Origin: Terriglobia bacterium
GTDB lineage: Bacteria > Acidobacteriota > Terriglobia > JAJPHL01 > JAPKYU01
DNA: 64,000 nt
NCBI GenBank assembly: GCA_965206645.1
Contig: CBDBKE010000004.1
Span: 2,144,001-2,208,000 of the forward strand
Direction: 5' to 3'
In this document: piece by piece, positions 49,998 to 58,755 of the stretch
How positions within the stretch are numbered: position 1 is the first letter of the stretch
How the letters are laid out: the number at the start of each line of letters is the position of its first letter
Made by a program: the position numbers and the translations under genes
The notes under the pieces: model-generated
Seen by the model: only the letters and a program-made list of their open reading frames with translations
Database searches by the model: none
Told to the model about the DNA's origin: nothing

Positions 49998-50200
49998 ACT
50001 GTTTTCTGGAGCTACCTAAGTTACTGCTTTTCCCATGGGGCGAACGAGGCAAAGGGAGCGAAAAGCGGTATCTGGGGCATACAAAAGCGAACCTCATCAC
50101 TTGCGTCATCACCGAGACAACCGACGCCGTCCGGCCTTGCCAAGCGGGCTATCATTAAACTGGTGCGGTCCTACTTCCTGGGGCGTTCCTCCTGATAAGC

Positions 50201-50234
50201 ATAGGTAAACACTGACCGACTAGTGGGGACCTAT
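50201..50234 (+). repeat. 34-bp inverted-arm site, copy A
   Basis: ATAGGTAAACACTG-ACCGAC-TAGTGGGGACCTAT. Confidence 0.85.
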
Positions 50235-50369
50235 CTGCCAAGTCTGAACTAACTCTTTCCGTTTCAGAGAATTACTGCAGCCCGAGAAAGTATCAAGAGC
50301 GCGGGAGATAGACCAGACCGGTCATAGGAGTGGTCGTATGTGGCTATAATCACTGCCTTGAGGAGTTCC

Positions 50370-51006
50370 ATGCGGTCCCTCTTGAACGAGCTGCTTTTAG
50401 CGGCCGTGTTTTCCCTCATGTGTCTTCCGGCTTTGGGCCAGTTTGCCCAACCTGCTTACTCGCGGTTGGACGCGCAGGGCACCCTTCCTGCGGGGTGCGT
50501 TGACGCACCCATTGTGTACGACACACCGGGCCGCCGGTTATTTGATGTTCGGCGGGCAGGATGCCGCCAGCCCGCGCAATGACCTTTGGGAGTATTCCTT
50601 CGATCGTCGAGAGTGGACCGAGTTGAATCCATCGGGGACCTTGCCTCCAGCTCGTTTTGGACATACCACAGTCTTTGATCCTGTTCGCCGTCGCCTGGTC
50701 TTATTTGGGGGCCAGGCCGCGGGGTTTTTCAGCGACGTTTGGGCATACGATATCGCTCAGAACACGTGGCAACAGCTTAGCCCCGACGAGGCCGGTCCGA
50801 ACCGCCGGTATGGTCATTCGGCGATTTACGATGCTGCGAGAGATCGCCTTATCATCTCGCACGGGTTTACGACCGCCGGCCGATTCGATGACACTTGGGC
50901 CTATGAGCTGGGGACAAACACTTGGCGGGAGATCTCGTCTTCCGGCATCAGGCCACTCCCTCGCTGCTTACACCACTCGGTTTACGACGAAGGAAACGGA
51001 CAAATG
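50370..51006 (+). pseudogene. Secreted Kelch-repeat protein, frameshifted and 3'-truncated
   Basis: Signal peptide MRSLLNELLLAAVFSL; frameshift near 50540-50545; Kelch blades (MFGG..NDLW, PARFGH, LFGG..SDVW, RYGH); the sequence breaks after EGNGQM. Confidence 0.7.
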
Positions 51007-51349
51007 TTGGATGGCGTCCAATTTGGCGACCGATTCACAGGACTTCCAAAACAACCGTGAAAGACTCATCGAGATCGGCTACCACGGAGGCCCAGGCAAC
51101 GAACGGCGGCTCCTGTTTCTGTCCTACAGCCTAGACGTGTTGAATTGGTTTCCGGCCGGATGCATCGCCATGTGGCCCAGTCCTCTGCAGGCATTCATGT
51201 ATCCATGCGTAGCGGTGGATGGGGACGACCTCGTGCTTATTTCTCGCACGTCGAAGGACGCTCAGAATCAGCACGACGCCGACCTGGTCACGTTCCACCG
51301 GATTCAGGACTTCCGGTCTTTGGCTCTGAACCTCCGTCCGGAGATCTAA
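51007..51349 (+). pseudogene. C-terminal fragment of an unrelated (sialidase/propeller-like) gene joined to the Kelch remnant
   Basis: In a different frame: NERRLLFLSYSLDVLNWFPAG...DGDDLVLISRTS..NQHDADLVTFHRIQDFR; has no start of its own. Confidence 0.5.
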
Positions 51350-51610
51350 GCACAGAGCGCAACTCAAGGCTGCACCCCACCAGCACACGAGGGCAAGGGT
51401 GGTCAGGGCGGGCGGATTGCCGATACGGTGATTTGGAGTAAGCCGCCCTGCCGATTTGGCAGGGCTAACCCTGTCGCCTGCCGCCGACAGAGCTACGCCA
51501 ACCAGATCGCTGCTCAACCTGCCAGTCAAGCCACAGCGCCTCGCCGAGCTCGCCATGCTGTTCACGACTTTCGGGCTGGCGAGATTGAGCCTCCTCACCA
51601 GCAATGCCGG

Positions 51611-51644
51611 ATAGGTCTACACTAACGGACTAGTGGTTACCTAT
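51611..51644 (+). repeat. 34-bp inverted-arm site, copy B
   Basis: ATAGGTCTACACTA-ACGGAC-TAGTGGTTACCTAT. Confidence 0.85.
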
Positions 51645-51766
51645 GATCCACAGTGAATGGCGGTCGTAGCATGGTGATTTCGGGCGAAACCATCGCAGAG
51701 CGTTGCTCGGCCAAATTTACGCGGCCCTGCGGGTACGTAGAGGGCGGTACAGCAGGAGGGTAGGAA

Positions 51767-51922
51767 TCCACCGCCGACGACCACCACGTCGAACTCGTGT
51801 GTCTCTTTCCTCGGTCTTACGCATGCCACCGTCGCGACCGCCGGACGCGATTCAACTGGCACGGCGGGCACTGCCGCGGAAACAGCTAGCCCTCCGAGGA
51901 ACCTACGACGGGAAACGCTCAC
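51767..51922 (-). pseudogene. N-terminal remnant of a Tat-exported FAD-dependent oxidoreductase
   Basis: AAAGGAG RBS, GTG start, SRRRFL Tat motif, then the Rossmann start FDVVVVGGG, after which similarity stops. Confidence 0.6.
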
Positions 51923-51968
51923 GGCATACTCCTTTGCCCACGGATTCCGATCATTGTGTCTGGAGAGC

Positions 51969-52733
51969 TTACTGAGCCGTGTACCCGCCATCCACCATGA
52001 GCGGCGTGGCGGTAATAAAGGAAGCCTCCTCAGAGGCGAGGAAGAGAATGGCATTCGCCACTTCGCGAGGATCGCCCATGCGCTTGATCAAATGTAGCGG
52101 TTTATTCAGTTCCACCACCTGTTCCTTGGTCAGTCCCTTACTGGCGGCATCGAGCATTATGGCGGGGGTATCTATAGCTCCCGGGCAGACGCAATTCACG
52201 CGAATGTTATCCGGCGCGAGATCGAAGGCCAGGCATCGTGTCATCTGCAGCACCGCCCCTTTGCTGGTATTGTAGGGGACAAAAGCAGGCTGGGCGATGA
52301 ATGAGCTAATGGAGCCCAAGTTTACGATGGACCCGCCTCCGCGCTTTCGCATGTGGGGGACAGCGTACTTGGAACAGAACGCGTACCCTTTGACGTTCAC
52401 GTTCAGGACCCGGTCCCAATCCTGCTCGCTGGCCTCTTCCACTGTTCCGAAAACAAAGGCCGCAGCGTTGTTCACCAGGATATCCGGGCCACCCAGTTCG
52501 CGGGCTGCGGTGTTCATCAGCTCCCGCACTTCGGACTCGATGGAGATATCGGTCTTGTGAAAAAAGGTCCTACCGCCGGCAGCTTTGATCTGGGCCACAG
52601 TCTCCTCGCCGCCGCGGACGTCCAGGTCCGCTACACAAACAGCAGCGCCCTCCTCGGCAAAACGAATTGCCGTAGCCCGGCCAATTCCCGAACTCGAACC
52701 GGTAACCACCGCCACTTTGTTCGCTAGACGCAT
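51969..52733 (-). CDS. Short-chain dehydrogenase/reductase
   Basis: TGSSSGIG, NNAA, YNTSK and PGAIDT motifs; GGAGGAG RBS. Confidence 0.93.
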   Translation of the reverse strand: MRLANKVAVVTGSSSGIGRATAIRFAEEGAAVCVADLDVRGGEETVAQIKAAGGRTFFHKTDISIESEVRELMNTAARELGGPDILVNNAAAFVFGTVEEASEQDWDRVLNVNVKGYAFCSKYAVPHMRKRGGGSIVNLGSISSFIAQPAFVPYNTSKGAVLQMTRCLAFDLAPDNIRVNCVCPGAIDTPAIMLDAASKGLTKEQVVELNKPLHLIKRMGDPREVANAILFLASEEASFITATPLMVDGGYTAQ

Positions 52734-52787
52734 GTTCTCCTCCTTAGCTCATTTCACCTGCAGCTTTCAGAACTTCTGCCTCAAAAC

Positions 52788-52821
52788 ATGAGTAAACACT
52801 AACGGGCTAGCGTTTACCAAT
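52788..52821 (+). repeat. 34-bp inverted-arm site, copy C (more degenerate)
   Basis: ATGAGTAAACACTA-ACGGGC-TAGCGTTTACCAAT. Confidence 0.75.
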
Positions 52822-52857
52822 GTTCTGCCTGGATGGTATGGCGTTCCTTAGTTAAGG

Positions 52858-52891
52858 ATAGGTAAACACTAACCGACAAGTGGAAACCTAT
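52858..52891 (+). repeat. 34-bp inverted-arm site, copy D
   Basis: ATAGGTAAACACTA-ACCGAC-AAGTGGAAACCTAT; its flanks are homologous to those of copy A. Confidence 0.85.
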
Positions 52892-52998
52892 CTGCCAAGT
52901 CGGAGCCAACTCTTGCCGTATTAGGAAGGCCGCCGCTGATCACCGAGGGACAGATCGTGGCTGAAACCGCGTTCTGAGTGTGAGGGGAAAGAGAACTC

Positions 52999-53832
52999 TC
53001 ACGGGTCACGGCGTTTCGGTGGGGCAGCTGACACGCCTTCTAAGCCTCCACTGACTCTGAGCACCTCGCCCGTGATCCAAGAGGCTGCCGGACTGCACAG
53101 AAAAGCAACGCTCCGTGCGATATCGGCTGGCTCTCCCCATCGCCCCAGCGGGATAGCGCTGCGAATGCGCTCAATCATCTGATCCTCGGTGAGATTCAGG
53201 GTTTGGCAGCGCTGCGCCATGATGGTCTTGTTAAATTCCGTACAGACAGGACCCGGACTCACGGCGTTTACCCGCACGCCGTAGGCGGCAAGCTCCAGTG
53301 CCAGCGTCTTGGTCAGACTGATCACACCGGCCTTGGCCACGTTGTAGGCCGCGACCAGCGCTGCTGGATTCTGGCCGTTGATGGAGACAATATTGACGAT
53401 ACACCCGGATCCCTGCCGCTCCATGATTCGTGCTGCGGCGCGGCAACAATAGAACGTTCCGGTCAAGGTGACACCTGGGACGCGTGCCCATTCCTGGTCT
53501 GTCAGATGGACGACCGGGGCGACGTCTTGTCCAACACCGGCATTGTTGACCAGAATGTCCAACCGACCGTATTCAGCAACTGTCCTGTCGAAGAACTCGG
53601 TCACCCCACTACTAGCGGAGATATCCAAACGGGCTGGCTGCACATTCAGACCTTGCTCCCGCAACTTTTGGGCCGATGCCTGTGCATTTTCCAGTCTGAT
53701 GTCACCCATGATCACCCCGGCGCCGTCGCAGGCAAGCTGCTCAGCGATCCCCAAGCCCAGCCCCTGGGCCGCTCCGGTCACCACCGCAACTAAGCCATCC
53801 AGCCTATGCAAAGAAGTCGTACCTTCACTCAT
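52999..53832 (-). CDS. Short-chain dehydrogenase/reductase (FabG-like)
   Basis: TGAAQGLG, NNAG, YNVAK and PLGRWGEP motifs. Confidence 0.92.
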   Translation of the reverse strand: MSEGTTSLHRLDGLVAVVTGAAQGLGLGIAEQLACDGAGVIMGDIRLENAQASAQKLREQGLNVQPARLDISASSGVTEFFDRTVAEYGRLDILVNNAGVGQDVAPVVHLTDQEWARVPGVTLTGTFYCCRAAARIMERQGSGCIVNIVSINGQNPAALVAAYNVAKAGVISLTKTLALELAAYGVRVNAVSPGPVCTEFNKTIMAQRCQTLNLTEDQMIERIRSAIPLGRWGEPADIARSVAFLCSPAASWITGEVLRVSGGLEGVSAAPPKRRDP

Positions 53833-53941
53833 GAACGAACTCCCTTGATGACTTATCCCCGTCCAGCAAAACTACAGAGTCGGCCACAGTTACCACATGA
53901 CCGATCCGGCCAATGGGCGTCAAGGTCTTACTCATTGGGTT

Positions 53942-54253
53942 TCATGGGCGGTCTCGGAGCGGCATTAACTCTCGGCATTTGGTAACGAAAGCATCAAGAT
54001 TATCAGGGACGAATCTAATGCGCGGTGGCCAACCTCGCCTCCGGACGTACACGTGTGGATGGAACGTGGCCCAATCGTTATTGTACGACCACCAAGTCTC
54101 AATCGGGCGACGGAAAGCATCGGCAGCCACCGGCTTGGGACGTACGCCGATCTCGATGATCTTGTCGAATGGAATCTTGATCGTGTGGAAAAGAATCCGT
54201 GCTTCCAGCTCAATTCGGTCGCGGTAGATACGATACTCTTGACGCCAACTGAG
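53942..54253 (-). pseudogene. Hypothetical gene 5'-truncated by IS1380
   Basis: Coding part LSWRQEYRIYRDRIEL...FVPDNLDAF; the ORF's N-terminal 40 codons run through the IS left end. Confidence 0.55.
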
Positions 54254-55911
54254 CCCGGATTTCCGTTTTGAAACTCCAAAGCTAACCTTATACTGACCTC
54301 CGACGCCAATATTTATGCCGGTTCCAGCGTCAATACAGCTTCCGGAGGTAGAAACCGAGTGGGTGAGAGGCAAAATCAGCCCTTTCAGTTCTCTTTCAAT
54401 GCTGCATTGAAGGTCGATTTCCAGGGGTCGCGGGTTACTTCCGACGGCGGCCTGATCCTCGTGCGCGAATCAGACGAACATTTGGGATTCGGAGAACTCA
54501 TCAAACAGCACTTGGCCGATCCTCGGAGAAAGAACACACGGTTGCCCTTTGCTGACCTCCTGCGCCAGTCCGTGTACAGCCGCTTGGCGGGTTACGAAGA
54601 TATGAATGACGCGGAACGGCTCTCTCAAGATCCGACGTTCCGGCTGATCGGTTCAGAAAAGATCTGGGAGCGAGGAGCCGCGTTGACTTCCCGGCTGCAA
54701 TCGTTCGAGACAGAACTACTGACGCAAGATGAGAACCTGGCTGGTTTGGCAGCGATCAACCGGGATTTAATCGCCAGGGCGGAAGCTATGGATTCCCCGC
54801 AACGGGTGGTGCTGGACATGGACTCGACCGAGATTCCGGTCTACGGCCAGCAGGAGCAGAGTGCCTACAACGGGCATTTCGAGTCGAGCTGCTATCACCC
54901 GTTGTTGCTGTTCAATCGCGAGGGTGACTGTCTGGCGGCCAAGCTGCGACCGGGCAACGTGCACAGCGCCGAGGACTGGAAAGAACTTCTCCTGCCGGAG
55001 ATCGAGCGGCAGCAGCAGCTGGGCAAGGAAGTGGTGTTTCGTGCCGACGCGGCCTTTGCCAAGCCGGAGATTTACGAGGCTCTGGAGGAGCGGGAGGTAA
55101 AGTACGCCATCCGCATCCCGGCTAACGACAGCCTACAGCGGGACATTGAGGAGTTGCTGACTCGGCCGGTGGGGAGACCCAGCAAGAAGCCGTTGGTGGA
55201 GTTCAAGGGCTTTCTATACCAAGCGGCCAGTTGGAAGACAGCCCGCAGGGTGGTGGCCAAGGTGGAGCATCATCCAGGGGAGCTGTTCCCGCGAGTAGGG
55301 TTTATCGTTACGAACTTGACTCTGCCAAGTCGGGCGGTGATGCGGTTTTACAACAAGCGGGGGACAGCGGAGCAGTGGATCAAAGAAGGAGAGCAAGCAG
55401 TGAAGATGACGCGGCTCAGTTGTCACCGGTTCCGGTCGAACGAGGTCCGGCTGTGGCTCACCATCATTGCCTATAATCTCGGCAACCTGTGGCGGCGACT
55501 GGTGCTGCCACAGAGAATCGGGAACTGGTCCCTGACGAGCTTGCAACAGCGGTTGGTGAAAACGGGAGGACGGCTGGTGAAACATGCGCGATATTACTGG
55601 CTTTTGCTGGCCGAAGGGCACTTGAGCCGGAGGCTGTTCAGCAGCATGCTGCGAACGATCTCGGCACTGCCGCTGCCAGACGGCTAGCGAACCGGGAGAG
55701 AGGGTAATTTTAGGTGCTCAGAAGTGGTCGGGCCGGATAAGTGTCAGCGGCGCGGCAGGCTGGGCAGGCGAACCCCGCACAGCGACTCCGAAGAACAGCC
55801 AAAATGTGCCGCACTACCACCTCAAAGAGGCCAGAGCTGTTTGCGGTTGACACGACAGGGTACGAGGCATAGCTTTTCGGGTGAAGAGGAAGCTCAAAAT
55901 GGAAATTCCGG
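54254..55911 (+). mobile_element. IS1380-family insertion sequence
   Basis: Terminal IRs CCCGGATTTCCGTTTTGA (54254-54271) and TCAAAATGGAAATTCCGG (55894-55911), 15/18 match, flanking a single transposase. Confidence 0.88.
54359..55687 (+). CDS. IS1380-family DDE transposase
   Basis: TSDGG, GYED.ND, LDMDST..YG.QE, LRPGN, RADAAF and YNKRGTAEQWIKE motifs. Confidence 0.93.
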   Translation: MGERQNQPFQFSFNAALKVDFQGSRVTSDGGLILVRESDEHLGFGELIKQHLADPRRKNTRLPFADLLRQSVYSRLAGYEDMNDAERLSQDPTFRLIGSEKIWERGAALTSRLQSFETELLTQDENLAGLAAINRDLIARAEAMDSPQRVVLDMDSTEIPVYGQQEQSAYNGHFESSCYHPLLLFNREGDCLAAKLRPGNVHSAEDWKELLLPEIERQQQLGKEVVFRADAAFAKPEIYEALEEREVKYAIRIPANDSLQRDIEELLTRPVGRPSKKPLVEFKGFLYQAASWKTARRVVAKVEHHPGELFPRVGFIVTNLTLPSRAVMRFYNKRGTAEQWIKEGEQAVKMTRLSCHRFRSNEVRLWLTIIAYNLGNLWRRLVLPQRIGNWSLTSLQQRLVKTGGRLVKHARYYWLLLAEGHLSRRLFSSMLRTISALPLPDG

Positions 55912-55998
55912 CTCAAACACTACCGGAACTTGGGCGAAGAGGTTCACAGGACTGACTACCAACAAACACAAGCAAGAAAAAACCGCTGCTCGAAGCAT
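55912..55998 (-). pseudogene. 5' end of a secreted-protein gene interrupted by IS1380
   Basis: ATG 55998 gives MLRAAVFSCLCLLVVSPVNLFAQVPVVFE (signal-peptide-like), running into the IS right IR. Confidence 0.5.
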
Positions 55999-56184
55999 TA
56001 TAGAGCTATCTCCCGGTTCAGAAAGAAATGCAGGGCGCCGATTATAGTTGGTTTCTTAAGCCTGGACAATGCCAGATGCGGAGTGGGAGCCTGGAGATGT
56101 TGGAGCTATTAGAGGTGTGATCCATCGCCTCATCACGAATGGGGGACGCGCCCGGAGGGGCGAGAGGTCGCCATAAACTTGCCT

Positions 56185-58644
56185 ATGGTCAGCGAACGGG
56201 AAATCCTGGAGTACATTGCGCGGCAGCCAGACCGCCAGGTCAGCCTCAAGCAACTGCTGCGGGAACTGCGCGCCAGTGGGACCGACCGGCGTGCTCTGAA
56301 GGATGGGCTTTCGCGTCTCGTGCGACAAAAGGCCTTGGTCAAATCGCGCGGACAGTACTTCTCGTTGGCTACCAGCCGCCCGGCAGGCTCGCGGCCTGAG
56401 AAAGAGACCCAATTTCTTTCCGGCCGGCTGGTTCGCCACCGCGATGGATACGGGTTCGTGATCCTGGATAAACTTGTGCCTGGCATGGTGGGCGATGTGT
56501 TCGTCGGCCAGCACAGCCTGGGCGACGCCATGCACGGGGACCGGGTACTGGTGCGGCTGGGCCGGCTGGACGAGCGCGGGCGCGCTGAAGGGCGCATTCA
56601 CCAAGTGCTGAAACGCGCCCACGAAACCGTGGTCGGGCAGTTCCGCTGCGAGCGGCGGGGCAATTTCGTCCTTCCCCACGACGAGCGCCTCCGCGAGGCA
56701 ATCCGGATTCCCCGCAGCGAGCCGCTGCCCGGCGACGCAAGACCCCAGGAGTTGGACAACGCCATTGTCAACGTGGAATTGACCCGCTTCCCCACGGCCA
56801 GTAATCCAGCGCAAGGCCGTGTGCTGGAAGTGCTGGGGCGGCCAGGCGACTTCGGCCTTGACGTCGAGATCATCATCCGCAAGCACCACTTGCCCCATCG
56901 ATTCCCGACCGAAGTCCTGGAGGAGGCCGAGGCAGTGCCCCAGTTTCTTTCCTCGGGCGAGCTGGAGGAACGGCTGGATTTCCGCGCTCTCCCCGTGGTG
57001 ACCATTGACGGGGAGACGGCGCGGGATTTCGATGACGCGGTCTACGTCGAGCGGTTGGCGAACGGCACCTACCTGCTCCAGGTGCACATCGCCGACGTCA
57101 GCCACTACGTGCGCCCCGCGCGCCCGCTGGACCGCGAGGCGCGGCTGCGCGGTACTTCCGTCTATTTTCCCGACCGGGCCCTCCCGATGCTGCCGGCCGA
57201 GCTTTCCAGCGGCATCTGCTCGCTGAATCCTCATGTGGACCGGCTGGTCGTCTCCTGCCTGATGGAGATTGACGGGCGGGGGGAAGTGGTTGGGCAACAA
57301 CTGCGGGAAGGGGTGATCCGCAGCGCTGAGCGCATGACCTACACCAACGTCAACCTGGTGTTGGAAGGCGACCCGGGCCTGAGCGCCCGCTACGCGCCCC
57401 TGATCCCCCCGTTTGAACGGATGAAGGAGCTGGCCTTGATCCTGAACGAAAAGCGCCGCCGGCGCGGCTCGATTGATTTCGACCTGCCGGAAGCGGAAAT
57501 CCAGTTCGACGAGTTCGGGCAGATGCGCGCCATTACCCGCTCAGAACGCAACGTCGCTCACCGGATGATTGAGGAGTTCATGCTGGTGGCCAACGAGACG
57601 GTGGCCAACCACCTGGCCGGGCTGGCGCTGGCTTCGCTTTACCGCATTCACGAGAAGCCGAACCCGAAGAAGGTGATGGAGTTTGAACAACTTGCCGGCA
57701 GCTTCGGCTACAGCCTGGGAGTGGCGGGCCTGTCGGTCGAACGCTTTCGAATCCGCTCGGGAGAGGGAGCCGGGCGGCGTAGCCGCTTTGGGCACCCACG
57801 CGGGCCACGGTTCGCGCAACAGTGGGAGCTGCCTGCCGAAATTCCTGTTACTCCGCGCCACTATCAACGGCTCACCGATGCCATTGCTGGCAAACCGGAA
57901 GAGCGAATCCTGTCCTACCTGATGCTACGCTCGCTCAAGCAGGCGCGGTATTCGGAGCAGAACAGCGGACACTTTGCACTCGCCTGCCCTGGCTACACCC
58001 ATTTCACTTCTCCCATCCGTCGCTACCCGGATTTGATCGTCCACCGCATCTTGAAAGCGGTGTTGCACGATTGGGAACCGACCGGTGCAGGCCCCCGGGG
58101 ACGCCGCAGGAAGCCGGCGGCGCGTCCCGGCCCCACATTCTCAGCCAGTGAAGGCCCAGCCAATGAGGGCTCAGCCAGTGAAGGCCCAGCCAATGCCAAG
58201 GGCTCAGCCAGTGAAGGCCCAGCCAATGAGGGCTCAGCCAGTGAAGGCCCAGCCAGTGAAGGGCCGATCCCGGAAGCAGAGCTGAAACTAGTGGCCGAGG
58301 AGACGTCCGATTCTGAACGACGCGCCCAAGACGCCGAGCGCGAGCTACTGGAATGGAAAAAAGTGGCCTTCCTGGCGGAGCGAATGGGCGAGGAATTCGA
58401 GGGGTTGGTGGTGAATGTGACCCGGTTCGGCTTCTTCGTCGAACTCACCGAGATGTTTGTGGAAGGCCTGGTACACGCCGACAGCCTCACCGACGACCGC
58501 TACGTTTTCCGCGAGTCCACTCACGAGTGGGCCGGAGAGCGAAGCAAGCGCCGCTTCCGGCTGGGCGACCAGGTTCGGGTTCTGGTGGATCGTGTAGATC
58601 CCGTGGCCCGGCAGATCTACTTTGCCCTGGCTCCTCAGGACTAG
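56185..58644 (+). CDS. rnr: Ribonuclease R
   Basis: HRDGYGF, TIDGETARDFDDA, MIEEFM and HFTSPIRRYPDL motifs; C-terminal S1 domain. Confidence 0.95.
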   Translation: MVSEREILEYIARQPDRQVSLKQLLRELRASGTDRRALKDGLSRLVRQKALVKSRGQYFSLATSRPAGSRPEKETQFLSGRLVRHRDGYGFVILDKLVPGMVGDVFVGQHSLGDAMHGDRVLVRLGRLDERGRAEGRIHQVLKRAHETVVGQFRCERRGNFVLPHDERLREAIRIPRSEPLPGDARPQELDNAIVNVELTRFPTASNPAQGRVLEVLGRPGDFGLDVEIIIRKHHLPHRFPTEVLEEAEAVPQFLSSGELEERLDFRALPVVTIDGETARDFDDAVYVERLANGTYLLQVHIADVSHYVRPARPLDREARLRGTSVYFPDRALPMLPAELSSGICSLNPHVDRLVVSCLMEIDGRGEVVGQQLREGVIRSAERMTYTNVNLVLEGDPGLSARYAPLIPPFERMKELALILNEKRRRRGSIDFDLPEAEIQFDEFGQMRAITRSERNVAHRMIEEFMLVANETVANHLAGLALASLYRIHEKPNPKKVMEFEQLAGSFGYSLGVAGLSVERFRIRSGEGAGRRSRFGHPRGPRFAQQWELPAEIPVTPRHYQRLTDAIAGKPEERILSYLMLRSLKQARYSEQNSGHFALACPGYTHFTSPIRRYPDLIVHRILKAVLHDWEPTGAGPRGRRRKPAARPGPTFSASEGPANEGSASEGPANAKGSASEGPANEGSASEGPASEGPIPEAELKLVAEETSDSERRAQDAERELLEWKKVAFLAERMGEEFEGLVVNVTRFGFFVELTEMFVEGLVHADSLTDDRYVFRESTHEWAGERSKRRFRLGDQVRVLVDRVDPVARQIYFALAPQD
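58141..58266 (+). repeat. In-frame VNTR in rnr (30-bp unit made of two 15-bp halves)
   Basis: About four copies of TCAGCCAGTGAAGGCCCAGCCAATGAGGGC, encoding SASEGPANEG. Confidence 0.9.
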
Positions 58645-58755
58645 CCGGAAACCTCGTGTCCAGGCAGCTTGAAGTCTGGCAGCTACGAAGCGGTCAGCGC
58701 CGGAGCATTTCCAGGGACAGAGCCTCAGCACCTGGTGAGTCGGCTGACGCGCTCA

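Noticed and set aside
49970-50060. Complete tRNA gene
   Set aside because: Only the T-arm and 3' acceptor strand are present; the upstream sequence does not form D or anticodon arms.
50201-52891. CRISPR array interpretation of the 34-bp repeats
   Set aside because: Intervals are about 1.4 kb, 1.1 kb and 36 bp, the copies are degenerate, and no cas genes are in the window. Only the C-D spacing is CRISPR-like.
56056-57300. 414-aa minus-strand ORF and similar long antisense ORFs (11412-12584, 45383-46396, 46933-48060)
   Set aside because: Shadow ORFs typical of high-GC coding DNA opposite well-supported genes.
58141-58266. CRISPR-like repeat in rnr
   Set aside because: Contiguous in-frame tandem units with no unique spacers; this is a coding VNTR.
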